From assembly GCF_046462495.1 (NCBI RefSeq), contig NZ_JBKGVE010000011.1:21484-85483 (forward strand): a DNA stretch of 64,000 nt, read 5' to 3'. Shown in pieces: positions 42,942 to 53,202 of this stretch. Position numbers and translations under genes: made by a program. Every line of letters starts with the position of its first letter. Positions within the stretch are counted from its first letter, which is position 1. The notes under the pieces were generated by a model. That model was given only the letters and a program-made list of their open reading frames with translations. It was not told the DNA's origin and made no database searches. The stretch is from Aquirhabdus sp. (GTDB lineage: Bacteria; Pseudomonadota; Gammaproteobacteria; Pseudomonadales; Moraxellaceae).

Positions 42942-43757
42942 TTGTCCGTGTCGTCGACGCATCGCCAAGCACATACCCGGGCAATCCTTGCTGCATTGGG
43001 TATCCCTGTATGGGCTGAACGTACTGAATCGATTCAGAGCATCGCTGCCATATCGCTTTGGGGGAAACCGGGTGATGACGCGATTGAAGTATTCAATGCA
43101 CAAAATCATATCGAAGCTGTTCAGCCTGTTGTCGTAGCTAAGACGCAAAGTATAACCACAGCACCCCAGCCTATATCTTCCAGTAACGAAGCAAAGCCAC
43201 CGATGCCGTCGATACAAACGACGGCATCAGCACATATTGCTCGTACAGAGTCATTGCTTCAGGCGTCAGACCCACCACTAATTAAAGAAGTGACGGCCCC
43301 AGAAAAACCGACGCGTCAACCTTTTGCACAACCCATCGCAGCCAGTGAAGCCGTTCATGTAGAGCAGGTGCTGCGTTTTAGTTTAGAGGCGCGTGTGATT
43401 GGGGAGTGGGTTGTGCTTGTTTCAGTCCAAGCGTTGAATCATCCTGATCGTCGTACGTTATGGCAAAACATCAATCAAGCATTTCAGCGTGCCGATAGTT
43501 CAAGTAGCTCGGAAGCTTTCCGTTTAGATTGGCCTTTGGCTGAAGGCGCGCGCTGGCAGCATAATGTCGGTGCCCAAGCTGCCTTGATGGGGTTCCTGAC
43601 ACGATTTGGTACAGAGCGGCGCGTAGGTCTAATGGGAGAGTTACCGGATAGCATCATTCCAGAACATCTGGAACGTTTGCCATCTCTTGACGAGTTATTG
43701 CAAGCGCCGTTAAAGAAGCGTAGCTTGTGGCGTTTGCTATCAGGTCAGGTTCGTTAA
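42942..43757 (+). CDS. Hypothetical protein; candidate divergent DNA polymerase III psi subunit
   Basis: N-terminal 'RAILAALGIPVW', Pro/Ala/Thr linker, C-terminal 'LPSLDELLQAPLKKRSLW'; start uncertain. Confidence 0.6.
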   Translation: MSVSSTHRQAHTRAILAALGIPVWAERTESIQSIAAISLWGKPGDDAIEVFNAQNHIEAVQPVVVAKTQSITTAPQPISSSNEAKPPMPSIQTTASAHIARTESLLQASDPPLIKEVTAPEKPTRQPFAQPIAASEAVHVEQVLRFSLEARVIGEWVVLVSVQALNHPDRRTLWQNINQAFQRADSSSSSEAFRLDWPLAEGARWQHNVGAQAALMGFLTRFGTERRVGLMGELPDSIIPEHLERLPSLDELLQAPLKKRSLWRLLSGQVR

Positions 43758-43878
43758 TTTTATCTTTACTAATGATGATCGACGAGAACCCTTCCTTGGT
43801 ATGGGAGAGTTCTCATGCCGTATATTACTTTTGAACAGGGCTACTGATATACGGCATTGTGTCACCGCAAGCGCCCAT

Positions 43879-43918
43879 AAAAAAACCGATCACTTCATAG
43901 AAAGAGATCGGTTTTTTT
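43879..43918. terminator. Bidirectional intrinsic terminator
   Basis: A7-CCGATC...GATCGG-T7. Confidence 0.85.
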
Positions 43919-43972
43919 ATAACAAGTCTAAACGAGCATTGGCTAAAAGACTTTAATTAGCGAGTCTGAGTA

Positions 43973-44296
43973 TTAACGCTCAAGCAGTGCCAATTTATTC
44001 GGTTTGCCATCCCATTCAGCAGCGTCCGCAGGGCGTTCACCGATTTGCGTGATGTTTGGCCAGATTGCAGATAGTTCAGTATTCAGTTCTAGGAACTTTT
44101 CTTGACCTTTAGGCAGCTCATCTTCAGAGAAAATGGCATTGGCAGGGCATTCTGGTTCACAAAGTGCGCAGTCAATACATTCATCGGGATTAATGACCAG
44201 AAAGTTTGGACCTTCATAGAAGCAATCTACTGGACAGACTTCAACACAGTCTTGGTATTTACATTTAATACAGTTTTCGGTGACAACAAAGGTCAT
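43973..44296 (-). CDS. fdxA: 7Fe ferredoxin FdxA
   Basis: '[26 protein letters not shown]...[12 protein letters not shown]'. Confidence 0.96.
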   Translation of the reverse strand: MTFVVTENCIKCKYQDCVEVCPVDCFYEGPNFLVINPDECIDCALCEPECPANAIFSEDELPKGQEKFLELNTELSAIWPNITQIGERPADAAEWDGKPNKLALLER

Positions 44297-44398
44297 GGCG
44301 GCTGGCTACCTAAAGTCAAAAAATGGGTCTTAAAACCGTTGCACACGCCAAACTTGTAACGTGAATCAAAACGGTGGGTTCATCGGATGTGCAATAGT

Positions 44399-47137
44399 TT
44401 AATCTTTTTTAGCAGTCGATACCAATTCCTTTAGCTGATATAAGATATCAAGCGCCTGTTTAGGAGTGAGATTATCTACATTCAAGGCATCAATTTCATT
44501 CAAAACCAGTGTGTTCTCAGGTGAAGTATCATTTTGTTGATTTATATCTTCATTTTTCTCATAAGCCATGAAAGGTTCTTCAATTTGATCAAATAAATCG
44601 TTTTGACCCAAATGCAAAGCTTGCTGACGCTCAAGTGCACGGAGACGCCCACGTGCTTCCTTGATTACTGAAGCAGGAATTCCTGCCAGTTTAGCGACTT
44701 GTAAACCATGGCTCTTACTGGCGGCGCCATCTTGGACTTGGTGTAAGAGAATCAGTTCACCATTAATTTCTCGTGCCGCCACATGGCGATTTTCAATACC
44801 AGCCTGCTCACCGAGTTCAGTGAGTTCAAAGTAGTGCGTTGCGAAGAGACATAAACAGTTGATTCGTTTTGCCAAGTCTAAAACACATGCCCAGGCAAGA
44901 GATAAGCCGTCATAGGTACTGGTACCCCGTCCAACTTCATCCATGAGCACCAGCGACTGACTGGTGGCATGATGCAGAATTTGCGCGGTTTCGGTCATTT
45001 CAACCATAAAGGTGGATTTACCGCTGGATAAATCATCGGCAGAACCAATACGGGTAAAGATGCGATCAATAGGTCCTAATATGGCCTTGCTGGCAGGCAC
45101 ATAACTGCCAGAGTAGGCAAGCAGGGCAATCAGTGCGGTTTGACGCATGTAGGTCGACTTACCGCCCATGTTAGGGCCAGTAATGAGGATTAAACGATTT
45201 TGTTGGCTTAAGAACACATCATTCGGTGTGAATGGTGCGCGACTAAGCGCTTCAACGACAGGATGTCGTCCGCCTTCAATATCAATGACAGATTCTGCGG
45301 TAAAGCTTGGTCGTGCCCAGCTTCGCAAGCGCGCTTGGCTTGCCCAGTTACTGAGTACGTCGAAGTCGGCAATGGCTGAGCTCATCATTTGCAAGGGGGC
45401 AAGTTGTTGTTTTAAATAATCCAGAATTTGTTCAAACAAGACTTTTTCACGAATCAGTGCGCGTGAATCACTGGAGAGTACTTTATCTTCAAAGGTTTTA
45501 AGCTCAGGGGTAATATAACGTTCCGCATTTTTTAACGTTTGTCTGCGAATAAAATGGGCTGGTGCAGATTCGGCTTGTGCACGTGTGAGTTCAATGAAGT
45601 AACCACTGACCCGGTTATAGCCGATTTTTAGAGTGTTGATCCCCGTTGCGGCACGTTCACGTGTTTCCATATCGAGCAGATATTGGCTGGCATGATCTCG
45701 AATCTGACGCAATTCATCAAGCTCGGCATCAAAACCATCTGCAATCACCCCACCTTCACGCAAGAGCACAGGCGGTTGGTCGTGGATGGCTCTGGTCAGT
45801 AAGTCATAGACTTCGCTGAACTGTCCAAGTTGATTGGCGAGGTCATCAAGAAGGCTTTTGTCATCCAGTTGCTCCCAGCCTTTACCTTGCAGTGTTGGCT
45901 TTAAGGCATGGTGGAGCAGGGGAAGCTGACCACAGGTTTGACGGAGTTGCACCAAGTCTCGTGGACGGGCTGTGCCAAGGGCAATACGTCCAAGGATACG
46001 TTCCACATCACCGATATTTTTGAGTACGATCCGAATCGGTTCATCGTGAAAGCCATTTTTTAAACGTGCGATTGCGTCTAGCCGCGAATCGAGTATTTTG
46101 GTATCCCGCAGTGGCTGCATGAGTGTGCGGGCAAGTAAGCGACTGCCCATAGCCGTCTGACAGTCATCGACCAGTGCAAGCAGCGATGTGCCATTCTCGA
46201 ATAAGGGGTCTACAATTTCCAGATTACGCCGTGTGACCGGATCCAGTGCGATAAAGGAGTCCATGGACTCTAAACGTAGACTGCGGATATGTGGCAGATT
46301 ACTTTGCTGGGTTTCGCGGGCGTAGTGGAGTAGTGCAGCAGCGGCTGCCTGTGCAAGGGGTAAGTGATCTACCCCAAATCCAGATAAGGTGCTGACACCA
46401 AATTGTCGACAGAGCGTTTCATTGGCATTTTTAAGATCAAAATCAACGTTGGGTCGACGGGTTATGGCTGCGGTATTTGTGGATGAGTTAGCTAGAGACT
46501 TCAGTTCATCGAAGCTGATTTTATCTTTTAAGCCATGACTCTCAGAAACAGTATTTTCGTCAATCAAAAGTTCTGCGGGTGCAATGCGAGCCAATTCAAT
46601 GGCGAGGCGCGTTTGATCGAATCCAAGTTCTTGTACCGTAAGCGTGCCAGCAGCCAGTTCAAGTACGGCAATGCCGATACGATTTTTTTGTAGGCAAAGC
46701 GCAGCCATACGCACTGCGCGATGGCTGGGCATTAAGGCCTCATCCGTTAATGTTCCGGCGGTGAGTACACGAACGACTTTTCGTTCAACGGGGCCTTTAC
46801 CCGTGACTTCCCCCACTTGCTCGCAAATGGCAACAGTTTCGCCTGCTTTTACCAAACGTGCTAAGTAGCCCTCAGCCGCATGATAAGGAACGCCTGCCAT
46901 TGGAATTGGCTCACCACCGGATTTGCCACGATGGGTGAGGGTAATGCCGAGCAGCTTGGCGGCACGATGCGCATCCGAAAAGAATAATTCATAAAAATCA
47001 CCCATGCGATAAAACAAGAGTGCATGGGCATGTTCGCGTTTCATTTTCAGATATTGCTGCATCATCGGGGTGTGGGATGCAAAGTCACTACTGGGTTCAA
47101 TGATTGGGTCTTGTTGCAGGCTTTCTTGTTCGGGCAT
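44399..47137 (-). CDS. mutS: DNA mismatch repair protein MutS
   Basis: [31 protein letters not shown]. Confidence 0.98.
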   Translation of the reverse strand: MPEQESLQQDPIIEPSSDFASHTPMMQQYLKMKREHAHALLFYRMGDFYELFFSDAHRAAKLLGITLTHRGKSGGEPIPMAGVPYHAAEGYLARLVKAGETVAICEQVGEVTGKGPVERKVVRVLTAGTLTDEALMPSHRAVRMAALCLQKNRIGIAVLELAAGTLTVQELGFDQTRLAIELARIAPAELLIDENTVSESHGLKDKISFDELKSLANSSTNTAAITRRPNVDFDLKNANETLCRQFGVSTLSGFGVDHLPLAQAAAAALLHYARETQQSNLPHIRSLRLESMDSFIALDPVTRRNLEIVDPLFENGTSLLALVDDCQTAMGSRLLARTLMQPLRDTKILDSRLDAIARLKNGFHDEPIRIVLKNIGDVERILGRIALGTARPRDLVQLRQTCGQLPLLHHALKPTLQGKGWEQLDDKSLLDDLANQLGQFSEVYDLLTRAIHDQPPVLLREGGVIADGFDAELDELRQIRDHASQYLLDMETRERAATGINTLKIGYNRVSGYFIELTRAQAESAPAHFIRRQTLKNAERYITPELKTFEDKVLSSDSRALIREKVLFEQILDYLKQQLAPLQMMSSAIADFDVLSNWASQARLRSWARPSFTAESVIDIEGGRHPVVEALSRAPFTPNDVFLSQQNRLILITGPNMGGKSTYMRQTALIALLAYSGSYVPASKAILGPIDRIFTRIGSADDLSSGKSTFMVEMTETAQILHHATSQSLVLMDEVGRGTSTYDGLSLAWACVLDLAKRINCLCLFATHYFELTELGEQAGIENRHVAAREINGELILLHQVQDGAASKSHGLQVAKLAGIPASVIKEARGRLRALERQQALHLGQNDLFDQIEEPFMAYEKNEDINQQNDTSPENTLVLNEIDALNVDNLTPKQALDILYQLKELVSTAKKD

Positions 47138-47261
47138 GAGGATGATCAGTTTTACGATAAAGGGCTCGTGCCATGATACCGAAAAAAAAGAGTCTGTTGG
47201 TGTTGGTTTTAATGGGAGTTTTTATATAAAAGATCATGCCAATGGATTGGGTTTTAAAACT

Positions 47262-47296
47262 GATTCATTTAATCTTCATCAAATCAGCGGCATAAT
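47262..47296 (+). promoter_or_regulatory. Tandem direct repeat (11-bp period) plus -10; OmpR/PhoB-type site
   Basis: TTCATttAATC-TTCATcaAATC, then CATAAT at 47291. Confidence 0.45.
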
Positions 47297-47427
47297 CTAT
47301 AGGATTTATGGCGACAATGGTTTAGCGATAACTATAAAGATGACTGGGAGGCATTAAGTCTCCCTTTGATTGTGGAAGGCTGGGTGATCTGAACAATAGC
47401 GCTCTTGCTTTTTCCTGAGTATAAAAA

Positions 47428-48117
47428 ATGATGAAACCGGTTTGGCTAATAATGTTGTCCTGCGTGTCCAGTGCGGCGTGGGCAGGGCGTCCTTTTTTTA
47501 CCGACGATGCATCACTGACGGATCCACACAGTTGTCAGCTCGAGACTTGGTATCAAGGGACCAAAGAGTCTGACATGCTGTCTGTCATGCCTGCCTGTAA
47601 TCCGACGGGTAATTTTGAGATTACTGCGGGTTATACGCAGTTGAGCCATCAAGGAGGGAATGGTGAGGAACACGGTTATGTCCTGCAAGGCAAGACAGTA
47701 CTGCGCTCAATGGAGATCGATCATCAGTATGGGATTGCGCTTGCTTTTGGGGTGGCACGTTCTGATCATCGGCAGAATGGTGGAGAGTATGCGTATGTGC
47801 CGATTAGCTATGCTTCGCCACGTCAGGCATGGAATTCAAACGTGGACATCGGTTTCATTCGCGAGGAAGCCAGTGGTAAAAATCGGCTAACTTGGGGCGC
47901 GGGAACGTCATACAACATTAATTCGAGACTGATGGTATTTGGCGAGCTATTTGGGCATTTGGCCATTAATCCAAAACTGCATACAGGCATCAGTATTAGT
48001 GTGATCCCTGATCTGGTGCAAATGGACCTCACCTATGGCAAAGATCTAGAGCTCAATAAAGATGCCAATTCATATACGGTCGGCTTTAGTTTTCAGCTTC
48101 CCAAACCATCCAAATAA
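47428..48117 (+). CDS. Predicted outer-membrane beta-barrel protein
   Basis: Signal peptide (AWA), 'GRPFFTDDA' N-terminal motif, Cys pair, alternating strands, terminal 'YTVGFSFQL'. Confidence 0.75.
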   Translation: MMKPVWLIMLSCVSSAAWAGRPFFTDDASLTDPHSCQLETWYQGTKESDMLSVMPACNPTGNFEITAGYTQLSHQGGNGEEHGYVLQGKTVLRSMEIDHQYGIALAFGVARSDHRQNGGEYAYVPISYASPRQAWNSNVDIGFIREEASGKNRLTWGAGTSYNINSRLMVFGELFGHLAINPKLHTGISISVIPDLVQMDLTYGKDLELNKDANSYTVGFSFQLPKPSK

Positions 48118-48140
48118 AGATAACGTTTGATCTTTATTTG
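48111..48140. terminator. AT-rich inverted repeat between convergent genes
   Basis: CAAATAAAGAT-aacgtttg-ATCTTTATTTG. Confidence 0.45.
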
Positions 48141-48150
48141 AACTCAATAC

Positions 48151-48585
48151 TCAATGGGCATGATGGTGGTTGTGATGATCGTCTTTTTCACAATTTGCAT
48201 CTGCCTGATGGTTGGTCACAATACGATCCGCTACGGCAGTCACTTCGATTTCAATCTTATACTCTGGGTCAATGAGTTTTGCACCTAAAGTTGAGCGTGC
48301 AGGTGTATGACCTTGGGGGACCCAGTCATCCCAGACTGAATTCATCGCTGCATAATCTCCAACAGAAGCAAGATAAATACGCACAGCAGTGATATGGGTC
48401 TTATCCGCACCGACATGTGCCAGTAAGCGATCAATAAATCTTAAAATTTCTCGGGTTTGCCCTGTAACATCTAGTGATGTATTTTCTGCGACTTGCCCTG
48501 AAATAAAGATGAGATTGGCCGTGCCGACATGAGCAACAGTCATCTCACTAAAGCGTGGCCCCATTTCGTGTCGTGTAATTTCCAT
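48151..48585 (-). CDS. Rid-family protein (YoaB/Rid2-like) with His-rich tail
   Basis: 'ISGQVA', 'MNSVWDDW', 'PARST', 'KIEIEVTA'; tail CEKDDHHNHHHAH; AAGGAGGTG RBS. Confidence 0.9.
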   Translation of the reverse strand: MEITRHEMGPRFSEMTVAHVGTANLIFISGQVAENTSLDVTGQTREILRFIDRLLAHVGADKTHITAVRIYLASVGDYAAMNSVWDDWVPQGHTPARSTLGAKLIDPEYKIEIEVTAVADRIVTNHQADANCEKDDHHNHHHAH

Positions 48586-48616
48586 TTAAAACACCTCCTT
48601 TATGCATCAATTATTT

Positions 48617-50107
48617 TCATTTTTGGACATGATTTGCAAGTGAGTCTGTACGGTTCCACCAGCCACCCCCTAACGCTTGAAATAATGCAGCAGTATCTTG
48701 GAGTTGGTTGGCTCTAGCTTGAGCCATATTCAACTGGGCTTGTTGTTCATTCTGCTCAATAACGAGTAAGGCCAAAGTGCTGATATCGCCAAATTTAAAT
48801 TGCTGTCTGGCTATCCCCGCGCTACGGGTGGCCGCGGTCACCGATTTTTCGGCAGCCTGTAGACCGGTTGTATCTGCCTGAATGGCTTGGAGGACATCTG
48901 CCACATTTTGAAATGCACCAAGAACCGTTTGACGATATTGTGCCTTGGCGAGGTCGTAGGATGCCTCTGCTGCGCCCTGTTTGTGTTTGAGTGCTCCCGC
49001 GTCAAAGAGGGGCTGGGTGACACCCCCTGCAAGTGTCCAGAAGTCGGTTGCTGATTTGAACAAATCAGATAAACGACTGGCTGATGTCCCGTAGGAGCTC
49101 ACGCCTAATGTGATATTGGGCAATCGGTTTGCAATCGCAACACCGATATCCGCACTGGCGGCATGCAGCCCCGCTTCTGCTGCACGAATGTCTGGGCGAT
49201 GGTCAACTAAGGTTGAAGGTAGGGTCAGCGGTAGTTGCTGCGGCAATTCGAGCTGATTTAAAGTGAATTCTGCGTCAAGCGTTTCACTTGGAAACTGACC
49301 CGCCAAGGTTTCTAGCAAGTCGCGTTGAATGGCCAGTTGTTTTTGCAGTGGCGGTAGTGTTGCTTGAGCCGATGCCAATGAGGCTTCCTGTGTTACAACA
49401 TCCGCCGTTGAGATTTGTCCCAGATCAAATTGGCGATGGGCCATGTCTAATAGCTTTTGTTGAGTGCCGATGATTTCATCGGTAACTCGAATTTGCTCAC
49501 GCAGCATGGCCTCTAAGATCGCAGCATTAACGACGTTGCTCGTGAGGGTCAGATAGGTTGCTTCAAGTTGGAATTGCTCAGATTCCGCTTGGGCCTTCAA
49601 GGACTCAACTTGACGACGATTGACACCGAACAAGTCTAAGCTATAGGACACATTGACTTGAGCGGTATGCAAATTGTAGATATAGCTATTGGATGCCAGC
49701 GGGCTTGCGAGTACCGCTGCTGTTTTCTGACGTGTTCCCGAATAGGCTGCTCCGACAGTGGGGAAGTAAGCACTTTGTTGTGCTTCCACATTTTCTTGTG
49801 ATTCGCGCAAAGCGGCCTGTGCGGCCTCAATGCTGGGATTATGCTGTAGGCTTGCTGTGACCAGATGATTCAAAGCGGGTGAGTGAAATACTTCCCACCA
49901 TTGGGCGGGGATATCGCGTCCGATCAGCTGCTGCGATCCATCGCTTTGGGCGGCGTTGATTTGTTTTTCGGTATAGGAACTGGGTAGTGCTGTCGAAGGA
50001 CGAACAAAATCAGGCCCTACGGCGCAGCCACTGAGCAGTTGAGAAGACAATGCTGCCGCAAGCAATGTGATGGAGTAGCCGAGGCGAGGTGAATTGTACA
50101 TAACCAT
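48617..50107 (-). CDS. NodT/OprM-type outer-membrane efflux lipoprotein
   Basis: Lipobox LSGC-AVGPDF, 'RPDIRAAE', 'LFQALGGGW'; ATG 50107 overlaps the upstream stop (TAATG). Confidence 0.92.
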   Translation of the reverse strand: MVMYNSPRLGYSITLLAAALSSQLLSGCAVGPDFVRPSTALPSSYTEKQINAAQSDGSQQLIGRDIPAQWWEVFHSPALNHLVTASLQHNPSIEAAQAALRESQENVEAQQSAYFPTVGAAYSGTRQKTAAVLASPLASNSYIYNLHTAQVNVSYSLDLFGVNRRQVESLKAQAESEQFQLEATYLTLTSNVVNAAILEAMLREQIRVTDEIIGTQQKLLDMAHRQFDLGQISTADVVTQEASLASAQATLPPLQKQLAIQRDLLETLAGQFPSETLDAEFTLNQLELPQQLPLTLPSTLVDHRPDIRAAEAGLHAASADIGVAIANRLPNITLGVSSYGTSASRLSDLFKSATDFWTLAGGVTQPLFDAGALKHKQGAAEASYDLAKAQYRQTVLGAFQNVADVLQAIQADTTGLQAAEKSVTAATRSAGIARQQFKFGDISTLALLVIEQNEQQAQLNMAQARANQLQDTAALFQALGGGWWNRTDSLANHVQK

Positions 50108-53100
50108 TAACGATTCCTCCGTAGTCTTGGCAGACTCCATTTTCTTTTCTCAAACAAATGCTCCATCGCATAATAAAATACAGGGAGAATAAAGAGAGTC
50201 AGCAATGTCGAGACGATGAGTCCTCCGACCACAACGGTAGCAAGATTGCGCTGTACATCTGTACCTACCCCCGTAGCAAGCGCTGCGGGCAGCATGCCGA
50301 TAGAGGCCACTGTGGCTGTCATCAAGACAGGGCGTAGGCGTTCGGTGGCAGCAACAATAACGGACTCGTTCAAAGGCAAGCCTTCACCTTTAATCCGTCT
50401 AAAGTTAGCGACCATGATGATGCCGTTTTGCACCGAGACACCAAACAGCGCAATAAATCCAACAGCACTCGCCACGTTTAAAGTGTTACCTGTAACGTGA
50501 AGGGCAATCAAGCCACCAAGCGTTGCAAGTGGAACAATACCCAAGATGAGCAAGGCCTGACGAATCTTGCCAAATTGGAAAAAGAGCAGGGCACCCATCA
50601 AGATCAATACCAGAGCCAAAATAAATGCGAGGCGTTTTTCAGCGCGGCGCTGGCTTTCGAATTGTCCTGCCCATTCAAAGCGATAGAGAGCGGTATCGAG
50701 TTTTACTTCTTTATTAATACGCGCTTGTGCCTCTGCTAGGTATGAGGTCAGGTCACGGCCCCGGTTGTCGATACGAACCGTGATTTGTCGTTCGCCATGC
50801 TCATGAGAGATGGTGCTCTCACCAGTCTGGAGTTTGATTGTGGTGACTTGCGAGAGGGGGATCTTTGCACCTGTGGAACTATTTAACAGTAAACTACCCA
50901 GCGAAGCAGGACTGCTTTTGTTGTTTTTGGGGAAGCCAACCGTGACGTTATAGATTTTATCATCGACATACACAGGCATGATTGGCGCACTGCCTACACC
51001 TGTTTGAATGATGGCAATGATATCAGCGACATTAACACCGAATCTTGCTGAAGCAGCACGATCCACCTTGATGACGACTTGAGGGATGGGCGGTTCTTGA
51101 AATAATGAAGCAGAAGCAGTACCGCGAATCGTGTCTAAAATATCAACGACTTGGTTGCCAATTCGGCGACTTTCTTTGAGGTCTGGGCCGTAAATACGCA
51201 GCACGAGTGGGCTATGCGCACCGCCAACAGCATCGTTGACGCCATCGATGATTGGCTGACTTATACCAATATCAAATCCAGGTAGTTTTTTGAGATCAGT
51301 ATTCAGTTGATTGATAAATGCTGCTTTTGTTTCTCCATTTGGCCATTCACTATAGGGTTTTAATCCGATGGGGGCTTCGATATGGGAGGGTGTCCAAGGG
51401 TCTGTGCCGTCATCATTACGCCCTAACTGAGTCACCACATAAGAGACTTCGGGATATTTGAGTAGGGTGCGGCGAAGATCCGTTGCCATCTCACTGGATT
51501 TATCGAGAGAAATACCAGAAGGAAGCTGCACTTGTAACCATAGCGCCCCTTCATCGATGTCGGGGAGAAATTCTTTTCCCGTGGTCGCGCCAAGTGCGAC
51601 GACTGCAATGAGTGAAATGCCTGCAATCACATAGGTGATTGACGGGCGGGCCAGCAGAATGACCAAGATGCGTTGATAATGGCGTGTGAGCCAGATTAAT
51701 GGACGATTAACAAAGACTTTACGCGGTTTGCGCAGTGCGGTAAATGCAAGTCCCGGAATCAGGGTAATGACACAGATCAATGCCCCGAGTAATGCGTAGC
51801 CGACTGTATACGCCATCGGTGTAAAAAGCTTGCCTTCTGCGCGTTCGAAAGCAAAGAGGGGGAGGTACGCGGTAATAATAATTAATGTGGCAAAAAAGAT
51901 TGGTCGTCCCACATAACTGAGCGTCTCTAAAATATCTTGCTCGGTTAATTCATCATTGGGTTGCTCTTCACGCCGCTTGAGGACTGCCTCCATGACCACA
52001 ATCGCGCCATCGACGATAATCCCGAAGTCGATTGCCCCAAGTGAAAAAAGATTGGCGGGCATATCGGACAGATTCATCATAATGAATACAGCAACCAACG
52101 CGGCCGGAATGGCAACCGCAGCAACAATGGCGCTGCGTGGGCTACCTAAAAAGAGAATCAGAACGATGAGCACAAGCCCCACACCTTCAATCACGGTATG
52201 AGCGACTTTATGTACTGTCAACTCCACTAAATCATCGCGATCAATATATGGGACAATTTTCACGCCCATTGGCGCAAGTTGCTTTTGCATTTCTGCGACT
52301 TTCGCGTGGACACCTTCGAGAACACGTGATGGATTTTCGGATTTCAACATCAGCACGATGCCTTCCAGTGTATCTGGATTGCGATCTTTACCTAAGATGC
52401 CTTCACGTTCTTGATGACCAAAGCTGAGTTTACCCAGATCTTTAATGAGTATTGGTGTGCCATTACTTTGTTTGACGGCGACAGTACCAAGATCATCCAG
52501 CGAGTGGATCTGACCGATGCCGCGGACCACATAGCTTTGTTCCCCGCGGGCAATGCGACCACCTCCCGCATTGGCGCTATTGCTGTTGATTGCACTGACC
52601 ACATCATTCAGAACAACGCCATATTGTTGGAGCTTGATCGGGTCGAGTTCGAGTCTGAACTCCTTGGTAAATCCACCAAAGTTATTGACGTCGGCAATGC
52701 CAGAAACTTGTTTGAAGCCAGGAATCACAATCCAGCGCTGGATTTCAGATAGCTCCATCAGATTTTTTGAATCGGACTCTAAGGTGTAGCGATAAATTTC
52801 GCCTGATGGACTGGATACAGGATTCAATCCCGGCTGTACACCAGCAGGAAGTGTTACGCCAGCAATGCGTTCTAGCACACGCTGACGTACAAAGTAATTA
52901 TCCGATCCGTTAAAAACCATCGTGATCAACGACAGCGCGAAGGTACTGCTTGAGCGTATAGTCACCACACCTGGTGTATTACTCAAGGCACGTTCTAGTG
53001 GGGTTGTGATCTGCTGCTCCACCTCTTCAGCGGCAAGTCCAGGGACTTGGGTCGTCACTTGAACGGTGAGATCACTGATATCAGGATAAGCCTCAACCGC

Positions 53101-53202
53101 CATCATTTTCCATGAATAGTAGCCGTAACATGTAACGAGAATAGCAATGACCCAAGCAAGATGACGCCTGCGAAAAAAAAGTGTAATCAGTTGGTTAATC
53201 AT
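50107..53202 (-). CDS. CusA/CzcA (HME) family RND transporter
   Basis: 'VEAYPDI', TM4 'GAIDFGIIVDGAIVVME', 'EGKLFTPMA', 'RLRPVLMTA'. Confidence 0.92.
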   Translation of the reverse strand: MINQLITLFFRRRHLAWVIAILVTCYGYYSWKMMAVEAYPDISDLTVQVTTQVPGLAAEEVEQQITTPLERALSNTPGVVTIRSSSTFALSLITMVFNGSDNYFVRQRVLERIAGVTLPAGVQPGLNPVSSPSGEIYRYTLESDSKNLMELSEIQRWIVIPGFKQVSGIADVNNFGGFTKEFRLELDPIKLQQYGVVLNDVVSAINSNSANAGGGRIARGEQSYVVRGIGQIHSLDDLGTVAVKQSNGTPILIKDLGKLSFGHQEREGILGKDRNPDTLEGIVLMLKSENPSRVLEGVHAKVAEMQKQLAPMGVKIVPYIDRDDLVELTVHKVAHTVIEGVGLVLIVLILFLGSPRSAIVAAVAIPAALVAVFIMMNLSDMPANLFSLGAIDFGIIVDGAIVVMEAVLKRREEQPNDELTEQDILETLSYVGRPIFFATLIIITAYLPLFAFERAEGKLFTPMAYTVGYALLGALICVITLIPGLAFTALRKPRKVFVNRPLIWLTRHYQRILVILLARPSITYVIAGISLIAVVALGATTGKEFLPDIDEGALWLQVQLPSGISLDKSSEMATDLRRTLLKYPEVSYVVTQLGRNDDGTDPWTPSHIEAPIGLKPYSEWPNGETKAAFINQLNTDLKKLPGFDIGISQPIIDGVNDAVGGAHSPLVLRIYGPDLKESRRIGNQVVDILDTIRGTASASLFQEPPIPQVVIKVDRAASARFGVNVADIIAIIQTGVGSAPIMPVYVDDKIYNVTVGFPKNNKSSPASLGSLLLNSSTGAKIPLSQVTTIKLQTGESTISHEHGERQITVRIDNRGRDLTSYLAEAQARINKEVKLDTALYRFEWAGQFESQRRAEKRLAFILALVLILMGALLFFQFGKIRQALLILGIVPLATLGGLIALHVTGNTLNVASAVGFIALFGVSVQNGIIMVANFRRIKGEGLPLNESVIVAATERLRPVLMTATVASIGMLPAALATGVGTDVQRNLATVVVGGLIVSTLLTLFILPVFYYAMEHLFEKRKWSLPRLRRNR

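Noticed and set aside
47070..47357. 95-aa plus-strand ORF
   Set aside because: Overlaps the mutS start, crosses AT-rich promoter DNA and has no coding signature
53173..53180. T8 tract near the 5' end of the RND gene as a phase-variation site
   Set aside because: Short, in frame and explained by Leu-Phe-Phe codons
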